NCBI GenBank assembly: GCA_964551725.1
Contig: CAZKED010000002.1
Span: forward strand, 1 to 64,000
Reading direction: 5' to 3'
Length of the DNA stretch: 64,000 bases
Source: an uncultured archaeon
Lineage (GTDB): Archaea > Iainarchaeota > Iainarchaeia > Iainarchaeales > DTGL01
The translations under genes and the position numbers were made by a program. The notes below the pieces were generated by a model that ran no database searches, was not told the DNA's origin, and saw only the letters and a program-made list of their open reading frames with translations. Shown piece after piece: positions 11,224 to 21,150 of the stretch. Numbering within the stretch: the stretch's first letter is position 1; every line of letters begins with the position of its first letter.

Positions 11224-12462
11224 TTACGAGTTCAGGACAATCCTGCCCTTTTTGAGTTCGAATTCCCCCAAGTGCACTGCTCTGGGATTGCCTCTCTCTT
11301 CCTCTTTTTTGAAAAACACGCGGTTCGTTCTTTTGCTTATTTTTTGCACTTTTCCCCGCCATTCCCCCTCGCGCGAGTACACCGGAACGCCCAAGAGCAG
11401 TTCGGTTATCTTGTTCGCTACATCGAGTGATTCAGATACCCTGAATATTATGAGAAGTATTATGAACGATACGAGAATGCTGCCGAGGAAGAATTCAAGC
11501 GCTCCTTCCAGCAGCACGAGTATTCCCGCGTCTAGAATAAACCAGAAAAGAAGCGTGGATACGCCGTAAATGAAGTATCTGCGCAAGCGGTAAGCGCGCT
11601 TCATTGCAACCATGTCCGTGGCTTTTCCCAGTATTGCAAGCAATGCGGAAAGCACGAGGAGGAAAAATGTTCCCTGCACCGCTTTCACCAGGTTGTAGGG
11701 CGTGGCGGGCGCGCTGGTTACATTGAAGTAGAAGGTCATCGGCACGAAAATGAACAGCACTATAAAGCTTGCCAGGTACAGTGGAAAGGAGGTTCTCTGT
11801 ATTGAAAAGGTCCTCGCGGCGCGGTGGAACTGCCTGTGAATCCATGCCTCTATTCCCAGCCCTTTCAGTATGAGGTAAACCCCCACTACGAGTGAAACTC
11901 CCTGCAGGAACAGTTCCTGCATGTCCAGGTAAACGGTGGCGGCAAAGAAAAGCAGTATTATTCCTGGAAGCCCGAACACTATTCTTGCAAGGTAGGGGTC
12001 TTTGAGGGCTTCCTTGAGCGTGTAGTACACGGATTCAACCTGTTGCGCCTGCTTTACTATTACCACTTCTTTGGAAATAATGCGCGCTCTTGACTGGATT
12101 ATGGGGATTATCTGGTCGTCCTCCGCTCCATCGGTGACCAAAACAAAGCCTTTTATTTTGTATTTTGCCTCAAGCGCGTCGAGTTGCTCGTTTAATTTTT
12201 TGTCCGACTTGAATCCGTGCTTTCCATGACCAGTAATCGTGACAACTTCCACTTTTGGGTATTCGCCCTTTATTTCGTCGAATTTCTTCACCGCTGCAAA
12301 CAGCGAGTTTGCGTCGCTTTCCTCCGGGTCGGCGAGAACAAGCTTGTTTGCTGCTTTGAGGTTTTTTTCCCTTCCCATCACCGGCCCTTTCACCATGGCT
12401 TTCCTGCCCAAGTCGTTGTCCCTGTCAACGCAGAGAACAATTACAGTTTCCTTTTTTGCCAT
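11224..12462 (-). CDS. DUF373 family membrane protein
   Basis: VLCVDRDNDLG, DPEESDAN, VTDGAEDD, VKQAQQVESVYY; multiple TMs. Confidence 0.88.
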   Translation of the reverse strand: MAKKETVIVLCVDRDNDLGRKAMVKGPVMGREKNLKAANKLVLADPEESDANSLFAAVKKFDEIKGEYPKVEVVTITGHGKHGFKSDKKLNEQLDALEAKYKIKGFVLVTDGAEDDQIIPIIQSRARIISKEVVIVKQAQQVESVYYTLKEALKDPYLARIVFGLPGIILLFFAATVYLDMQELFLQGVSLVVGVYLILKGLGIEAWIHRQFHRAARTFSIQRTSFPLYLASFIVLFIFVPMTFYFNVTSAPATPYNLVKAVQGTFFLLVLSALLAILGKATDMVAMKRAYRLRRYFIYGVSTLLFWFILDAGILVLLEGALEFFLGSILVSFIILLIIFRVSESLDVANKITELLLGVPVYSREGEWRGKVQKISKRTNRVFFKKEEERGNPRAVHLGEFELKKGRIVLNS

Positions 12463-12609
12463 TCAAATCAGTGCCACAGCATACAGCGGATTAACCGCTT
12501 TACCGCTCGGGGTTACCATTAAATACCCCTGCGGGAATAATATATATACCATTTTTTATATATAAAAGGTTTATTATACCGCTGGAAGCGGAGAAAGAAG
12601 CCGGAGAGG

Positions 12610-13596
12610 TTGAAAATGCCAGTCCCGCCCGAAATGTTCAAAACGGGGATTTTCGTCATTGTTCTAATCGCGATTGCCGGTCTGGTGTACTCTGGCTTTG
12701 TTTACATGGACGAATTTTTTGTCAGCCTTTTGTGGATTGCCGTCGGGGTAATCTTCCTTGTTGTCGTGATGCACTTCCAGCCACTGCTAAAACTCAAGGA
12801 TTACGAGCGTGCTGTGATATTCCGCTTCGGAAAAGTGCACAGAGTCGGCGGACCCGGCTGGTGCATTATTTTGCCCTGGATTGAGGTTTACAACCATGTC
12901 GATTTGCGGACGAAGACCCTTGATGTTGAAAGGCAGGACACTATCACAAGGGATTCAATCGAAGTGAGGGTTGACGCTGTAATTTATTTGAAGGTGAGAA
13001 AGGACAACCAGTCCGTTATAAATTCTGTTATCGAGGTTGAGGATTTCGAGGACGCCGCGCGCACTTTCGTTATTGCTTCAATACGTGACATTGCCGGCGG
13101 AATGGATTTGTCCACGCTGATTTCCAATATTGAAGAGCTGAACGCAAAAATTGCAAAAGACCTCGCGCGCATTGCCGACGAATGGGGTGTCCGCGTTATT
13201 TCCGTGGAAATAAAGGACATTGACATTCCCAAGACGGTGCTTGACGCAATGCACGAGCAGAAAGCGGCAGTGCAGCAAAAGCTTGCGCGCATTGAGAAAG
13301 CGCAGGCGCACAAAGCCGAAATCGACGCGGTGAGAGAGGCTGCAGCGTCCCTTTCGGACAGGGCAATGAATTACTATTACATACGCGCCCTGGAAGAGAT
13401 GTCAAAGGGAAAGGGAACAAAACTGGTGTTCCCGCTTGAATTCGCCTCCCTTGCGAAATCCATCGGCTCCACTTTTTCTCACCGTACGTCGGAAAAGCAA
13501 AACATTGAAATGCTCAAAAAAGCCCTTGAAAAATATGTGGACGAAGCAGTGGAAAAAGCAAAGTACGGAGAGAAAAAGAAAAAGGCAAAGAAGTGA
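12610..13596 (+). CDS. SPFH/band 7 (stomatin-like) protein
   Basis: YERAVIFRFGK, VDLRTKTLDV..Q.TITRD, WGVRVISVEIKDI. Confidence 0.9.
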   Translation: MKMPVPPEMFKTGIFVIVLIAIAGLVYSGFVYMDEFFVSLLWIAVGVIFLVVVMHFQPLLKLKDYERAVIFRFGKVHRVGGPGWCIILPWIEVYNHVDLRTKTLDVERQDTITRDSIEVRVDAVIYLKVRKDNQSVINSVIEVEDFEDAARTFVIASIRDIAGGMDLSTLISNIEELNAKIAKDLARIADEWGVRVISVEIKDIDIPKTVLDAMHEQKAAVQQKLARIEKAQAHKAEIDAVREAAASLSDRAMNYYYIRALEEMSKGKGTKLVFPLEFASLAKSIGSTFSHRTSEKQNIEMLKKALEKYVDEAVEKAKYGEKKKKAKK

Positions 13597-13612
13597 ACCG
13601 CTTTTTTCCCTT

Positions 13613-14575
13613 TTAACGCTTCACAGCCCTGATTGTCAAGAGGACTATTACGAGAAGCCATGCCGAGAACGCCAGCAGCGCGTAAATCTGCATTTCCCCC
13701 GCGTTGCTCAAGGAGCCGAGCACGAGGCAGGTTTCAATTATGCCCCCCATGAAAAGGGAGAGCAGCGCGATTATGAGCAAAATGAACGAGTCCTTTGCTA
13801 TTACTTCGAATTCGTGGCTCATGTATTTTCCCTTTGATACCGCGACAGAAATCAAGCCACCGCTTATCGCCCCGAAAAAATAGCCCGCGAATTCAGGAAT
13901 TCCGTGGGGCAGCAATCCAATGAAAGCAAAATGGTTTGTTGCAACGATTGTTTTCCCTATAAGCACTCCGACCACGGAGGAGTTCCAGGTGATTAGGTAA
14001 ATCGCTCCCGCCCCGAAAAGGAAAGAGAACAGTACAGCGTAAAGCAAAACGGACATGTTGTTGAAGAAAATTAGGTTGAACACCGAATTGAAATCCATGC
14101 CGCCGGCGCCTTTCCCTGTTGCCTTTCCCGTTATCTGTTCCCTTATTTCCCCGACCTGTCCGAGCGTTTTGTTCTGTTCCGCGAAAGCCGTGCTCCGGCA
14201 CGGCATCGTAAAGCACGAGCCGTTAATGCAGACCTCGCTCTTTTCCTCGGGCAGCACAACGTACCAGAGCGCATAGCTTATGATTACGCCTATTGCAAAA
14301 AAGGCATAAATTGCAACAAGGCTCAAATTCCTTCCAACGAATGTTGCGCTTGAGTCCCTGCTCCCCGCAGCCAGTTCTTCCTCTTTAACGAACACCGAGT
14401 GAATCAATGGAACGGTTGCAATTGTGACAAACGCTATTGAGAGAATGGAGGCATAAGCGGGAAAGGCGAAAAAGGAAATCCACAGAGAAACGCTGCTCGC
14501 AATAAACCCCAGTATTACTGTAAAAAAAGGGTTTCTGAGCACACTTTCCGTCTTGAAGAGGGATTCAAGCACCAT
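13613..14575 (-). CDS. SpoIIM (stage II sporulation protein M) family membrane protein
   Basis: IFFNN...ITWNSSVVG...LLPHGIPEFAGYF; likely start MVLESL. Confidence 0.8.
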   Translation of the reverse strand: MVLESLFKTESVLRNPFFTVILGFIASSVSLWISFFAFPAYASILSIAFVTIATVPLIHSVFVKEEELAAGSRDSSATFVGRNLSLVAIYAFFAIGVIISYALWYVVLPEEKSEVCINGSCFTMPCRSTAFAEQNKTLGQVGEIREQITGKATGKGAGGMDFNSVFNLIFFNNMSVLLYAVLFSFLFGAGAIYLITWNSSVVGVLIGKTIVATNHFAFIGLLPHGIPEFAGYFFGAISGGLISVAVSKGKYMSHEFEVIAKDSFILLIIALLSLFMGGIIETCLVLGSLSNAGEMQIYALLAFSAWLLVIVLLTIRAVKR

Positions 14576-14694
14576 TACCTTGCACTTCCTTTTTTTGCCC
14601 TGTTGCATTAGAATTAAATATGTTTTCAATTAAAACTTAACTTATATTATAATTTAAAGGCATGCTTTGACTATTTTTAGTGAGGTTGATTTCA

Positions 14695-15255
14695 ATGCAG
14701 AAAAAAGTTGTAGTGCCAGGCGAAGAGTTGGGCATTAGCGAGGAGTATTCCGCCGAGGAGAACACTTTCGAGGACGAGGATGGCACAATTTACGCGGATT
14801 CCGTGGGAACAGCGGAATTCGACGATTCAAGCAGGGAGGTCAACGTGGAAAAAGAACGCGTTGTAAAGAACTTTTCCCCGGGAAGCACTGTGCATGCTGC
14901 AGTCTCCGGGGTCAGAAAAAACCGCGTTTTGGTCCACATAATAAACGCTGAAAAAAACGGCGAAAAGCGCATTGTTTCGCATTCAATGGCAATGATTCCC
15001 ATTGCAAACGTAAGCCAGCGGTTTGTGAAGGACTTGAGGCAGGAATTCCGCATAGGGGACATAGTGAAAGCGGAAGTGGAGTCAATAAAGCCCTTCGGCA
15101 TACGCCTGCTCACGAGCAAGCCCTCTCTCGGGGTAGTGAAAGCATACTGCTCCAAATGCAGGCACCCCCTGCACTTAATCGGCAGGGAATTAAAATGCAC
15201 GAACTGCGGCAGCACCGAAAGGAGAAAAACGAGCAGTGAATTCGTGCTCAAGTGA
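14695..15255 (+). CDS. csl4: Exosome RNA-binding subunit Csl4
   Basis: VVPGEELG, S1 domain FRIGDIVKAEV, Zn ribbon CSKC..CTNCG..ERRK. Confidence 0.9.
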   Translation: MQKKVVVPGEELGISEEYSAEENTFEDEDGTIYADSVGTAEFDDSSREVNVEKERVVKNFSPGSTVHAAVSGVRKNRVLVHIINAEKNGEKRIVSHSMAMIPIANVSQRFVKDLRQEFRIGDIVKAEVESIKPFGIRLLTSKPSLGVVKAYCSKCRHPLHLIGRELKCTNCGSTERRKTSSEFVLK

Positions 15256-15545
15256 AAGGAGGCATTCCCTTGGAACTCAAAAAAGTTAAAAAATCAAAAG
15301 ACACCCTTGAATTCATTATGGCGGGAGAAAGGCACACTTTCCCCCAGGTGCTCAAAAAAGAGCTCTTGAACGACTCAAAAGTTGAGTTTGCAGCCTACAA
15401 GTTAAAGCACCCCCTGGACAGGGACGCAAGCTTCATTGTAAAGGTAAAAAAAGGCAGTCCCAAGTCAGCGCTTGGCAATGCCGCGAAAAGAATCGGCAGG
15501 GAAGCGGATTCTTTCCACAAAGAGCTCCAGAAAGCGGTTAAATGA
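15252..15545 (+). CDS. rpoL: RNA polymerase subunit Rpo11 (RpoL)
   Basis: GERHT...VEFAAYKLKHPL; follows csl4 as in many archaea. Confidence 0.88.
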   Translation: MKGGIPLELKKVKKSKDTLEFIMAGERHTFPQVLKKELLNDSKVEFAAYKLKHPLDRDASFIVKVKKGSPKSALGNAAKRIGREADSFHKELQKAVK

Positions 15546-15555
15546 AGGTTTTCTC

Positions 15556-16128
15556 TTGCCAGAACAGGTTAAAAAGAACGCGCGCGCGATAGGGATTGAC
15601 GACGGCTCTTTCATTCCAGAATCCAAGGGCAGCACGTTGCTTGTGGGAGTGCTGCTCCGCGCCGACAACCGCCTCGAAGGCGTTATGTCAACAAGCATCA
15701 AGGTGGACTCGCTCGATTCCACTGAAAAGGTTCTCAAAATGCTGAAAAAATCCAGGTTCACCTCGCAGGCGTCCTTCATCCTCCTGGACGGAGTGAACTT
15801 CGCGGGCTTCAACTTCATTGACCTGCAAGCACTGCACTCGGAACTCGGCATTCCTGTAATAGCCGTGCTCCGCGGAAAGCCCTCGCTTGAAAAAATTTCC
15901 CTCGCGCTACAGCGCTTCAAGGACAAAAAAAAGCGCTTGGCATTGATAGAAAGCGCCGGTGCAATCCACCGCGCGGAAAAAATTTTCTTCCAGTGCAAGG
16001 GCATTTCTCCGAGCAAAGCCCGCAGTGCAATTTCGCGCTTCACCCTGCACTCCAATCTGCCGGAGCCGGTGCGTCTTGCCCACTTAATTGCAAGCGGTTT
16101 AACGCTGGGGGAAAGCACAACGCCGTGA
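15556..16128 (+). CDS. DUF99 (endonuclease V-like) family protein
   Basis: GIDDG, ILLDGVNFAGFN, LPEPVRLAHLIA; start approximate. Confidence 0.85.
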   Translation: MPEQVKKNARAIGIDDGSFIPESKGSTLLVGVLLRADNRLEGVMSTSIKVDSLDSTEKVLKMLKKSRFTSQASFILLDGVNFAGFNFIDLQALHSELGIPVIAVLRGKPSLEKISLALQRFKDKKKRLALIESAGAIHRAEKIFFQCKGISPSKARSAISRFTLHSNLPEPVRLAHLIASGLTLGESTTP

Positions 16129-16134
16129 TTTGAA

Positions 16135-16944
16135 ATGTACGAAAAAATTCGCAAAAAATTTTCCTTCCTCAAGTGGCTGGATCCTTTCACCTACGCCGAC
16201 CTTTTCCTCGAGCGCATTGGAAAGAAGGAAGACAAGGTAATTGCCTGGAGCGTTTACCTGCTCACCGCCGCGGTTTCGGCATTCCTCATTTACAATTTTT
16301 TCGCGCTTTTGCTCGGCACGCGCTTTCCCGGCGTAATAGTTTTGAGCGGTTCTATGGAGCCGTTGTTTTACCGCGGGGACATTATTGTAATGCAAGGATT
16401 TTTCCCTGAACAACTGCAGGGCCCCAGCATAGAATTCGATGCAGCGGTAGAGGGAATGCCCCTCTCCCATTACGCTGAAACATACTGCTCGCGCCTGGAC
16501 GGAAGCGAGTGGAAATCATGCGAGGAATTCAAGGAGGATTACAAGCAGGGCAAAATTCTGCTCTCCGAATTCACCACGCGCAAAATAATTTTCAACAATG
16601 GTGAAGAGCTAACCATTGACAAATCCGGCGATGTTGTAGTATACCACGGTTATGTTTTTGACTGGGCGGCGGAAAACTACGGTTATGAACCAGTAATCCA
16701 CAGGGTTGTTGCAAAAATCCAAGCAGAAGACGGCTTGTTTGTGCTCACGAAAGGCGATTCAAAGTTCAATTCCTTCCTTGACCAGGAAGCAGGCATTGCC
16801 CCGAGCGCCGTTCCATTGCAGGAACTCGAAGGGAGAATGATTGCAGTAATCCCCAAGCTGGGCTTTGTGAAGCTCGTTCTGCTGGACGACATTCCCTGCT
16901 TTGCCCTCAGCCCCTTCACGGGAGCGAAATGCGTTTTCCCATAG
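16135..16944 (+). CDS. Signal peptidase I (Sec11-type)
   Basis: TM then VLSGSMEP (Ser), VIHRV (His), TKGD; contains an internal insertion. Confidence 0.85.
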   Translation: MYEKIRKKFSFLKWLDPFTYADLFLERIGKKEDKVIAWSVYLLTAAVSAFLIYNFFALLLGTRFPGVIVLSGSMEPLFYRGDIIVMQGFFPEQLQGPSIEFDAAVEGMPLSHYAETYCSRLDGSEWKSCEEFKEDYKQGKILLSEFTTRKIIFNNGEELTIDKSGDVVVYHGYVFDWAAENYGYEPVIHRVVAKIQAEDGLFVLTKGDSKFNSFLDQEAGIAPSAVPLQELEGRMIAVIPKLGFVKLVLLDDIPCFALSPFTGAKCVFP

Positions 16945-16952
16945 GTGAAAAA

Positions 16953-17306
16953 ATGGAAGAAGCAGATGCAGCGAAAGAACAGTTCAAGAGAATTCCCGCT
17001 GAAGAGAAATCCCTTTCAGAGCTCGGCGGGCGGGAAAAGCGAGTTGCAGTAATAGGCACAATTGTTTCCCTGCAGCCCGCTGAACTCAAAGGAGTGCTCA
17101 GCGACGGTTCAGGGGAAGCATTCCTCGAATTCCCGGGCAAGGAAAAATTTTCGCAGGCAAAAGAGGGCAGTACAGTGCGCGTCATAGGAAAGCCGCGCTT
17201 GGAGGAAAAACCCGTGCTCCAAGTGGAGACAGTGCACTTGCTCCAGAACTTTGATAAAGCGCTCTTCGAGCGCGTGAAAGCGCTGGAGAAGAAAGTATTA
17301 AAATAG
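16953..17306 (+). CDS. Single OB-fold protein (RPA small subunit-like)
   Basis: RVAVIGTIV...LSDGSGEA...VRVIGKP OB pattern; upstream of PCNA. Confidence 0.7.
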   Translation: MEEADAAKEQFKRIPAEEKSLSELGGREKRVAVIGTIVSLQPAELKGVLSDGSGEAFLEFPGKEKFSQAKEGSTVRVIGKPRLEEKPVLQVETVHLLQNFDKALFERVKALEKKVLK

Positions 17307-17337
17307 GTTGATTCCTTTTTATTTTGGAGATGCAAAA

Positions 17338-18084
17338 ATGAAGCTTGTGTTGGACAAAGCGCGCGACTTCCAGAAAAGCGTGAACGCTATCGCTGTATTG
17401 ATTGACGAAGCCGAATTCTTAATCGACAAGGAAAAGCTCGCGCTGAAAGCAACTGATCCATCGCAAATTTCAATGATTGATTTTGAACTGGGAAAGAATG
17501 CGTTCAAGGAGTTCCAGGTCAGCGAGCCGGTTACAATTGGGCTGGACTTGGATTACCTCGCCCAGGTAATGGGCAGGGCTAAACCCGATGACGAATTAAC
17601 GCTTGAATTGAACTCGGGAAAAACCACTCTGAAAGTGGGACTGAAAGGCGCTTCTTCCAGGAATTTTTCCATTCCCCTCATTGACGTCAGCAAGGGCGCG
17701 GTTCCCAATCCAAAAATTGAATTCCAGGCAGTGCTCTCGCTGAATGCCTCTGTGCTCCAAGACGCGCTGAAGGACGCCGAACTCATTTCGAACCATGTTA
17801 CGCTGGGCATGTCCAGTGAATCCTTTTACGTCAAGGCGAACAGCAGTAAAGGCACATTAGACAGCGAAACCGGAAAAAAGGAGAAATCCATAAAGGAATT
17901 TAAGGTCGGAGCGGAATGCAAGAGCATGTTTCCATTGGATTACCTCAAGGACATGCTTAAGACCGCTGACTCAAAGGACGAAATCGAGCTAAAGCTCAGG
18001 GCTGACGCGCCGGTGCAGATAACCTACAAAATAGGAAAGGCGCGCATAACGTATTTTCTCGCACCGAGAATCGAAAGCGAGTGA
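17338..18084 (+). CDS. pcn: PCNA sliding clamp, paralog 1
   Basis: ATDPSQISM, GLDLDYL, FPLDYL, YFLAPRIE. Confidence 0.93.
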   Translation: MKLVLDKARDFQKSVNAIAVLIDEAEFLIDKEKLALKATDPSQISMIDFELGKNAFKEFQVSEPVTIGLDLDYLAQVMGRAKPDDELTLELNSGKTTLKVGLKGASSRNFSIPLIDVSKGAVPNPKIEFQAVLSLNASVLQDALKDAELISNHVTLGMSSESFYVKANSSKGTLDSETGKKEKSIKEFKVGAECKSMFPLDYLKDMLKTADSKDEIELKLRADAPVQITYKIGKARITYFLAPRIESE

Positions 18085-18089
18085 TTGCG

Positions 18090-18425
18090 CTATTTTGCAA
18101 ATGTTTTTATTTTTTCTTTCGCTGAATGCCTTTCAAGTTCTTTTGAAAGAATGCTGTCAAAAATTTCAATCAGCGCCCTTGCCTCGGTGTTCTCCCCATT
18201 AATCCTGTAGAGTTTCGCCCTCCCGATTTCCCTTGTTTTCACAACCAGTTTTCTTTTCTCGAAGACTGGCAGTATCCTGTGCAGCGTGCTCCAAGGGATG
18301 CCGGCGTTCTTTGAAATGTCCGAAAGCGAGTAATCGGATTCCCTACCGCTTATGAGGAATTCGAGTAGCCGCATTCTCGGCGTGTTTCCCATTATCTCCA
18401 GAAACCTGTTGGGCACACAAATCAT
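18090..18425 (-). CDS. Winged helix-turn-helix regulator
   Basis: RLLEFL...YSLSDISKNAGIPWSTLHR...TREIGRAKLY. Confidence 0.8.
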   Translation of the reverse strand: MICVPNRFLEIMGNTPRMRLLEFLISGRESDYSLSDISKNAGIPWSTLHRILPVFEKRKLVVKTREIGRAKLYRINGENTEARALIEIFDSILSKELERHSAKEKIKTFAK

Positions 18426-18503
18426 TCCTTTTTGGTATATTAATATACTGTAAAGGAATAACAGTTTATAAATTTAATTTTTTCCCGTGGTCCCCTGCAA
18501 GAG

Positions 18504-19424
18504 TCAGAGCAGCATTACCGAGCCGATTACAACCAGGCAGACAGCGAGCACTTTCAGTGCCACAGTTCTGCGGTCGATTTCTTCCCTTAGCCATTTCGGG
18601 AATACTTTGGTGAAAACAAGCGCGAGCGCTAGTATTATGAATGGCTGTACCGATGTTACCGCTGTAACCAGTGAAACAAGCCCGATTGAAAGCGCTGTAA
18701 TGAACGCAATTCTCCCAGCGGTGTAAAATGATTCGCCAGCCAGCGCCACGGGCAGGCTTTTCGGTTTTTCTTTGAGTAACTTTTTTATTTTGGAAAAATA
18801 AAAGGGCACGAGGAGAAGAGAAAGCAAAAACATGAAAACAATTCTCCACTCAATTAATTCCATTATTTCCATTCCATTGAGGGCTATTTTTTGGAGAATG
18901 TTGTCGGCAGCAAAAAATGCGGCTGAAAGCAGCACCGCAAAAAACCAGCCCGTTAATTTCAGCCCCTTTTTCTGCGTTACAAGCAATGCCCCCAAAACCA
19001 TTAAAAAAATCCCGATTAATTGCATTGCTGTAAGTTTTTCTCCCAAAAAGAAAACTGCCAACACCACTGTAAAAAGGGGCATTGTGTTGATTGCCGTCAT
19101 GACCCTTGACATTTCGGTTTCATGCATTCCCTTGAAGTAAAGCATTACCGCTGAAAAATTGAACAGGCACGCGCCGAAAAGCACGGCAAGCCATTTTATT
19201 TCAGGAAAACCGAAACCGAATAAAAGAAACAAAACGAGAAGTATGGGAATGCTCGCTAATTGCATTAAAACGGTTGCAATAAGGGGGTTCTTTGTGAACT
19301 TGCTTACCAGGATTTTGTCGAAAACATTTGTAAAAGACCACAGGAAAACCGTGAGCAATACCAGAAAAAACCAGAGCATTTTTTTTCTCTCCGCGTTTCC
19401 CAAGAATACAGCCAGCGATTTCAA
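18504..19424 (-). CDS. EamA/DMT family transporter
   Basis: About 10 TMs in two repeats; LAVFFLGEKLT..QLIGI. Confidence 0.85.
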   Translation of the reverse strand: MKSLAVFLGNAERKKMLWFFLVLLTVFLWSFTNVFDKILVSKFTKNPLIATVLMQLASIPILLVLFLLFGFGFPEIKWLAVLFGACLFNFSAVMLYFKGMHETEMSRVMTAINTMPLFTVVLAVFFLGEKLTAMQLIGIFLMVLGALLVTQKKGLKLTGWFFAVLLSAAFFAADNILQKIALNGMEIMELIEWRIVFMFLLSLLLVPFYFSKIKKLLKEKPKSLPVALAGESFYTAGRIAFITALSIGLVSLVTAVTSVQPFIILALALVFTKVFPKWLREEIDRRTVALKVLAVCLVVIGSVMLL

Positions 19425-19470
19425 TTAAAGACTTTCTGTTGAAAAAATCCTGCAGGGCAGGGTAATTGCC

Positions 19471-20265
19471 ATGGCTGAAAGAATTCTCGGCATAGACCTG
19501 GGTGCAAGCAGCGCCGACTTCGTTCTCATGGACAGCGGAAAAATTTCATTCTGCGAATCCCTCGCGCCGATGGACTTGATTGAGCTCGCAAAAAAAATAA
19601 AACAATTGAAGTCAGAACTCGGGGGAATTTCGTTCATTGCTTTGACAGGGGGAAAAAGCGCTTTTTCCCCAAGCACGTTCTCAAAAACCCCGGTGAAAAA
19701 AGTGAACGAAATAAGCGCAATAGGTGCCGGAGGCTTGTTCGTTTCAGGCAAGCAGCGAGCGCTGGTTGCATCGCTGGGAACAGGCACGTGCATTGTTTGC
19801 TGCAGGGGAAAAAAATTCGAGCACTGTTCGGGCACGGGCGTTGGCGGCGGCACATTGCTGGGTTTATCGCAAAAAATGCTGGGAACAGCGGACTTAAAAA
19901 AATTCAATTCCCTCGCGGAGAAAGGCTCGCTGAGAAAAATTGACTTGCGCGTTGCTGACATTGTCGGCTCGGGGATTGGCAGTCTTCCGGGAACGGCAAC
20001 AGCGGCAAATTTCGCAAAGCTTTCCGGCGCGAAAAAGGCGGACATTGCCCTGGGAATAGCAAACCTCGTCGCAGAAGCGAATGCCTCGATTATTTCCCTT
20101 GCCGCGGAAAAATGCAGACAGCGCGACATTGTGCTGACAGGGAAGCTTTTGAGCATTCCTGTCGTAAAAAAAAGGCTTATCGCGGGCTTCCGCCTGCTGG
20201 GCAAAAAAGCGGTTGTGCCGGAACACTATGCGGTTGCCACCGCCGCCGGGGCATGCGTTGCCTGA
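19471..20265 (+). CDS. Type II pantothenate kinase-like (CoaW/Fumble, ASKHA)
   Basis: GIDLG, ALTGG, VNEISA, SLGTGT, GTGVGGGTLLGL, KG..RKIDL.VADI, TAANFAK. Confidence 0.8.
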   Translation: MAERILGIDLGASSADFVLMDSGKISFCESLAPMDLIELAKKIKQLKSELGGISFIALTGGKSAFSPSTFSKTPVKKVNEISAIGAGGLFVSGKQRALVASLGTGTCIVCCRGKKFEHCSGTGVGGGTLLGLSQKMLGTADLKKFNSLAEKGSLRKIDLRVADIVGSGIGSLPGTATAANFAKLSGAKKADIALGIANLVAEANASIISLAAEKCRQRDIVLTGKLLSIPVVKKRLIAGFRLLGKKAVVPEHYAVATAAGACVA

Positions 20266-20353
20266 GCCCCGCGATTGAGAAAGGCACGCAAAAACAATTT
20301 TAAACCCTTTCCATTCTCTTATTTATTGCTTTTAACTGATTGCGGGGATTGGA

Positions 20354-21076
20354 TTGATTAAGCTGAGCAAGGTTGAGCCCTGGCAGACAGCCATAAGGGC
20401 AATTTCTAACTTCATTTCAGAGGGCAACTTCCGCTTCAATGACAGGGGCGTATCATTCAAGGCAATCGACCCAAGCCAGATAGTGCTCGTTAACTACCAT
20501 GCGGAAAAGAGCTTTTTCGACAAGTTTGATGTCGAGCCTTCGCTCATAGGCATTGATTTGGACGAATTGAACAAGGTAATGCGCCGCGCCCTGCCGCACG
20601 ACACGCTTGAAATGGACATCAATGACTCTCACTTGTTAATCAATCTGCGAGGACAGCTGGACAGGAGCTTCCGACTCTCGCTCATCGATGTAAGCGAGGA
20701 GGAAGCCGAAATTCCCGAACAGGAATTCGATGCAGTTGTTGAATTCAACGCGCGCGTTTTGCAGGAAGCACTGAAGGATGCCTCGCTGTTCGGCAGCAGC
20801 GTCGTGTTCCGCGTGGAAAAAGGAAAGCTCTCAATTGAAGCCCGCGGTTCACAGGGAACTCTGCGCACTGAAGCAAAGCAAGCCGAACTCGTCAAAGTGA
20901 AGGCAAAAAAGGACATTACGAGCAAGTATTCCCTGAATTTCCTGGAAAACATTGTGAAGGAAGCGCACCCCGATTCAAAGGTGAAACTGGAATTCAAGAA
21001 CGAGGCGCCAATGCGCATTTCCTACGACATCCACGACACAAAAATACAATTCCATTTAGCGCACATGATTTTGTGA
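20354..21076 (+). CDS. pcn: PCNA sliding clamp, paralog 2
   Basis: AIDPSQIVLV, GIDLDEL, SKYSLNFL, FHLAH; directly upstream of priL. Confidence 0.9.
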   Translation: MIKLSKVEPWQTAIRAISNFISEGNFRFNDRGVSFKAIDPSQIVLVNYHAEKSFFDKFDVEPSLIGIDLDELNKVMRRALPHDTLEMDINDSHLLINLRGQLDRSFRLSLIDVSEEEAEIPEQEFDAVVEFNARVLQEALKDASLFGSSVVFRVEKGKLSIEARGSQGTLRTEAKQAELVKVKAKKDITSKYSLNFLENIVKEAHPDSKVKLEFKNEAPMRISYDIHDTKIQFHLAHMIL

Positions 21077-21150
21077 ACGCCGCCGCTTGGGAGTTTAGAG
21101 GAACCCCGCTCTGTAACTCTTTTTAATCCCTTTCCCGCGCTATTCTTTTT

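Noticed and set aside
12474-12534. Possible tRNA
   Set aside because: No TTCRA T-loop and only two internal arms.
21095-21125. Imperfect hairpin plus T-run between PCNA paralog 2 and priL
   Set aside because: Weak; compatible with an ordinary terminator or chance.
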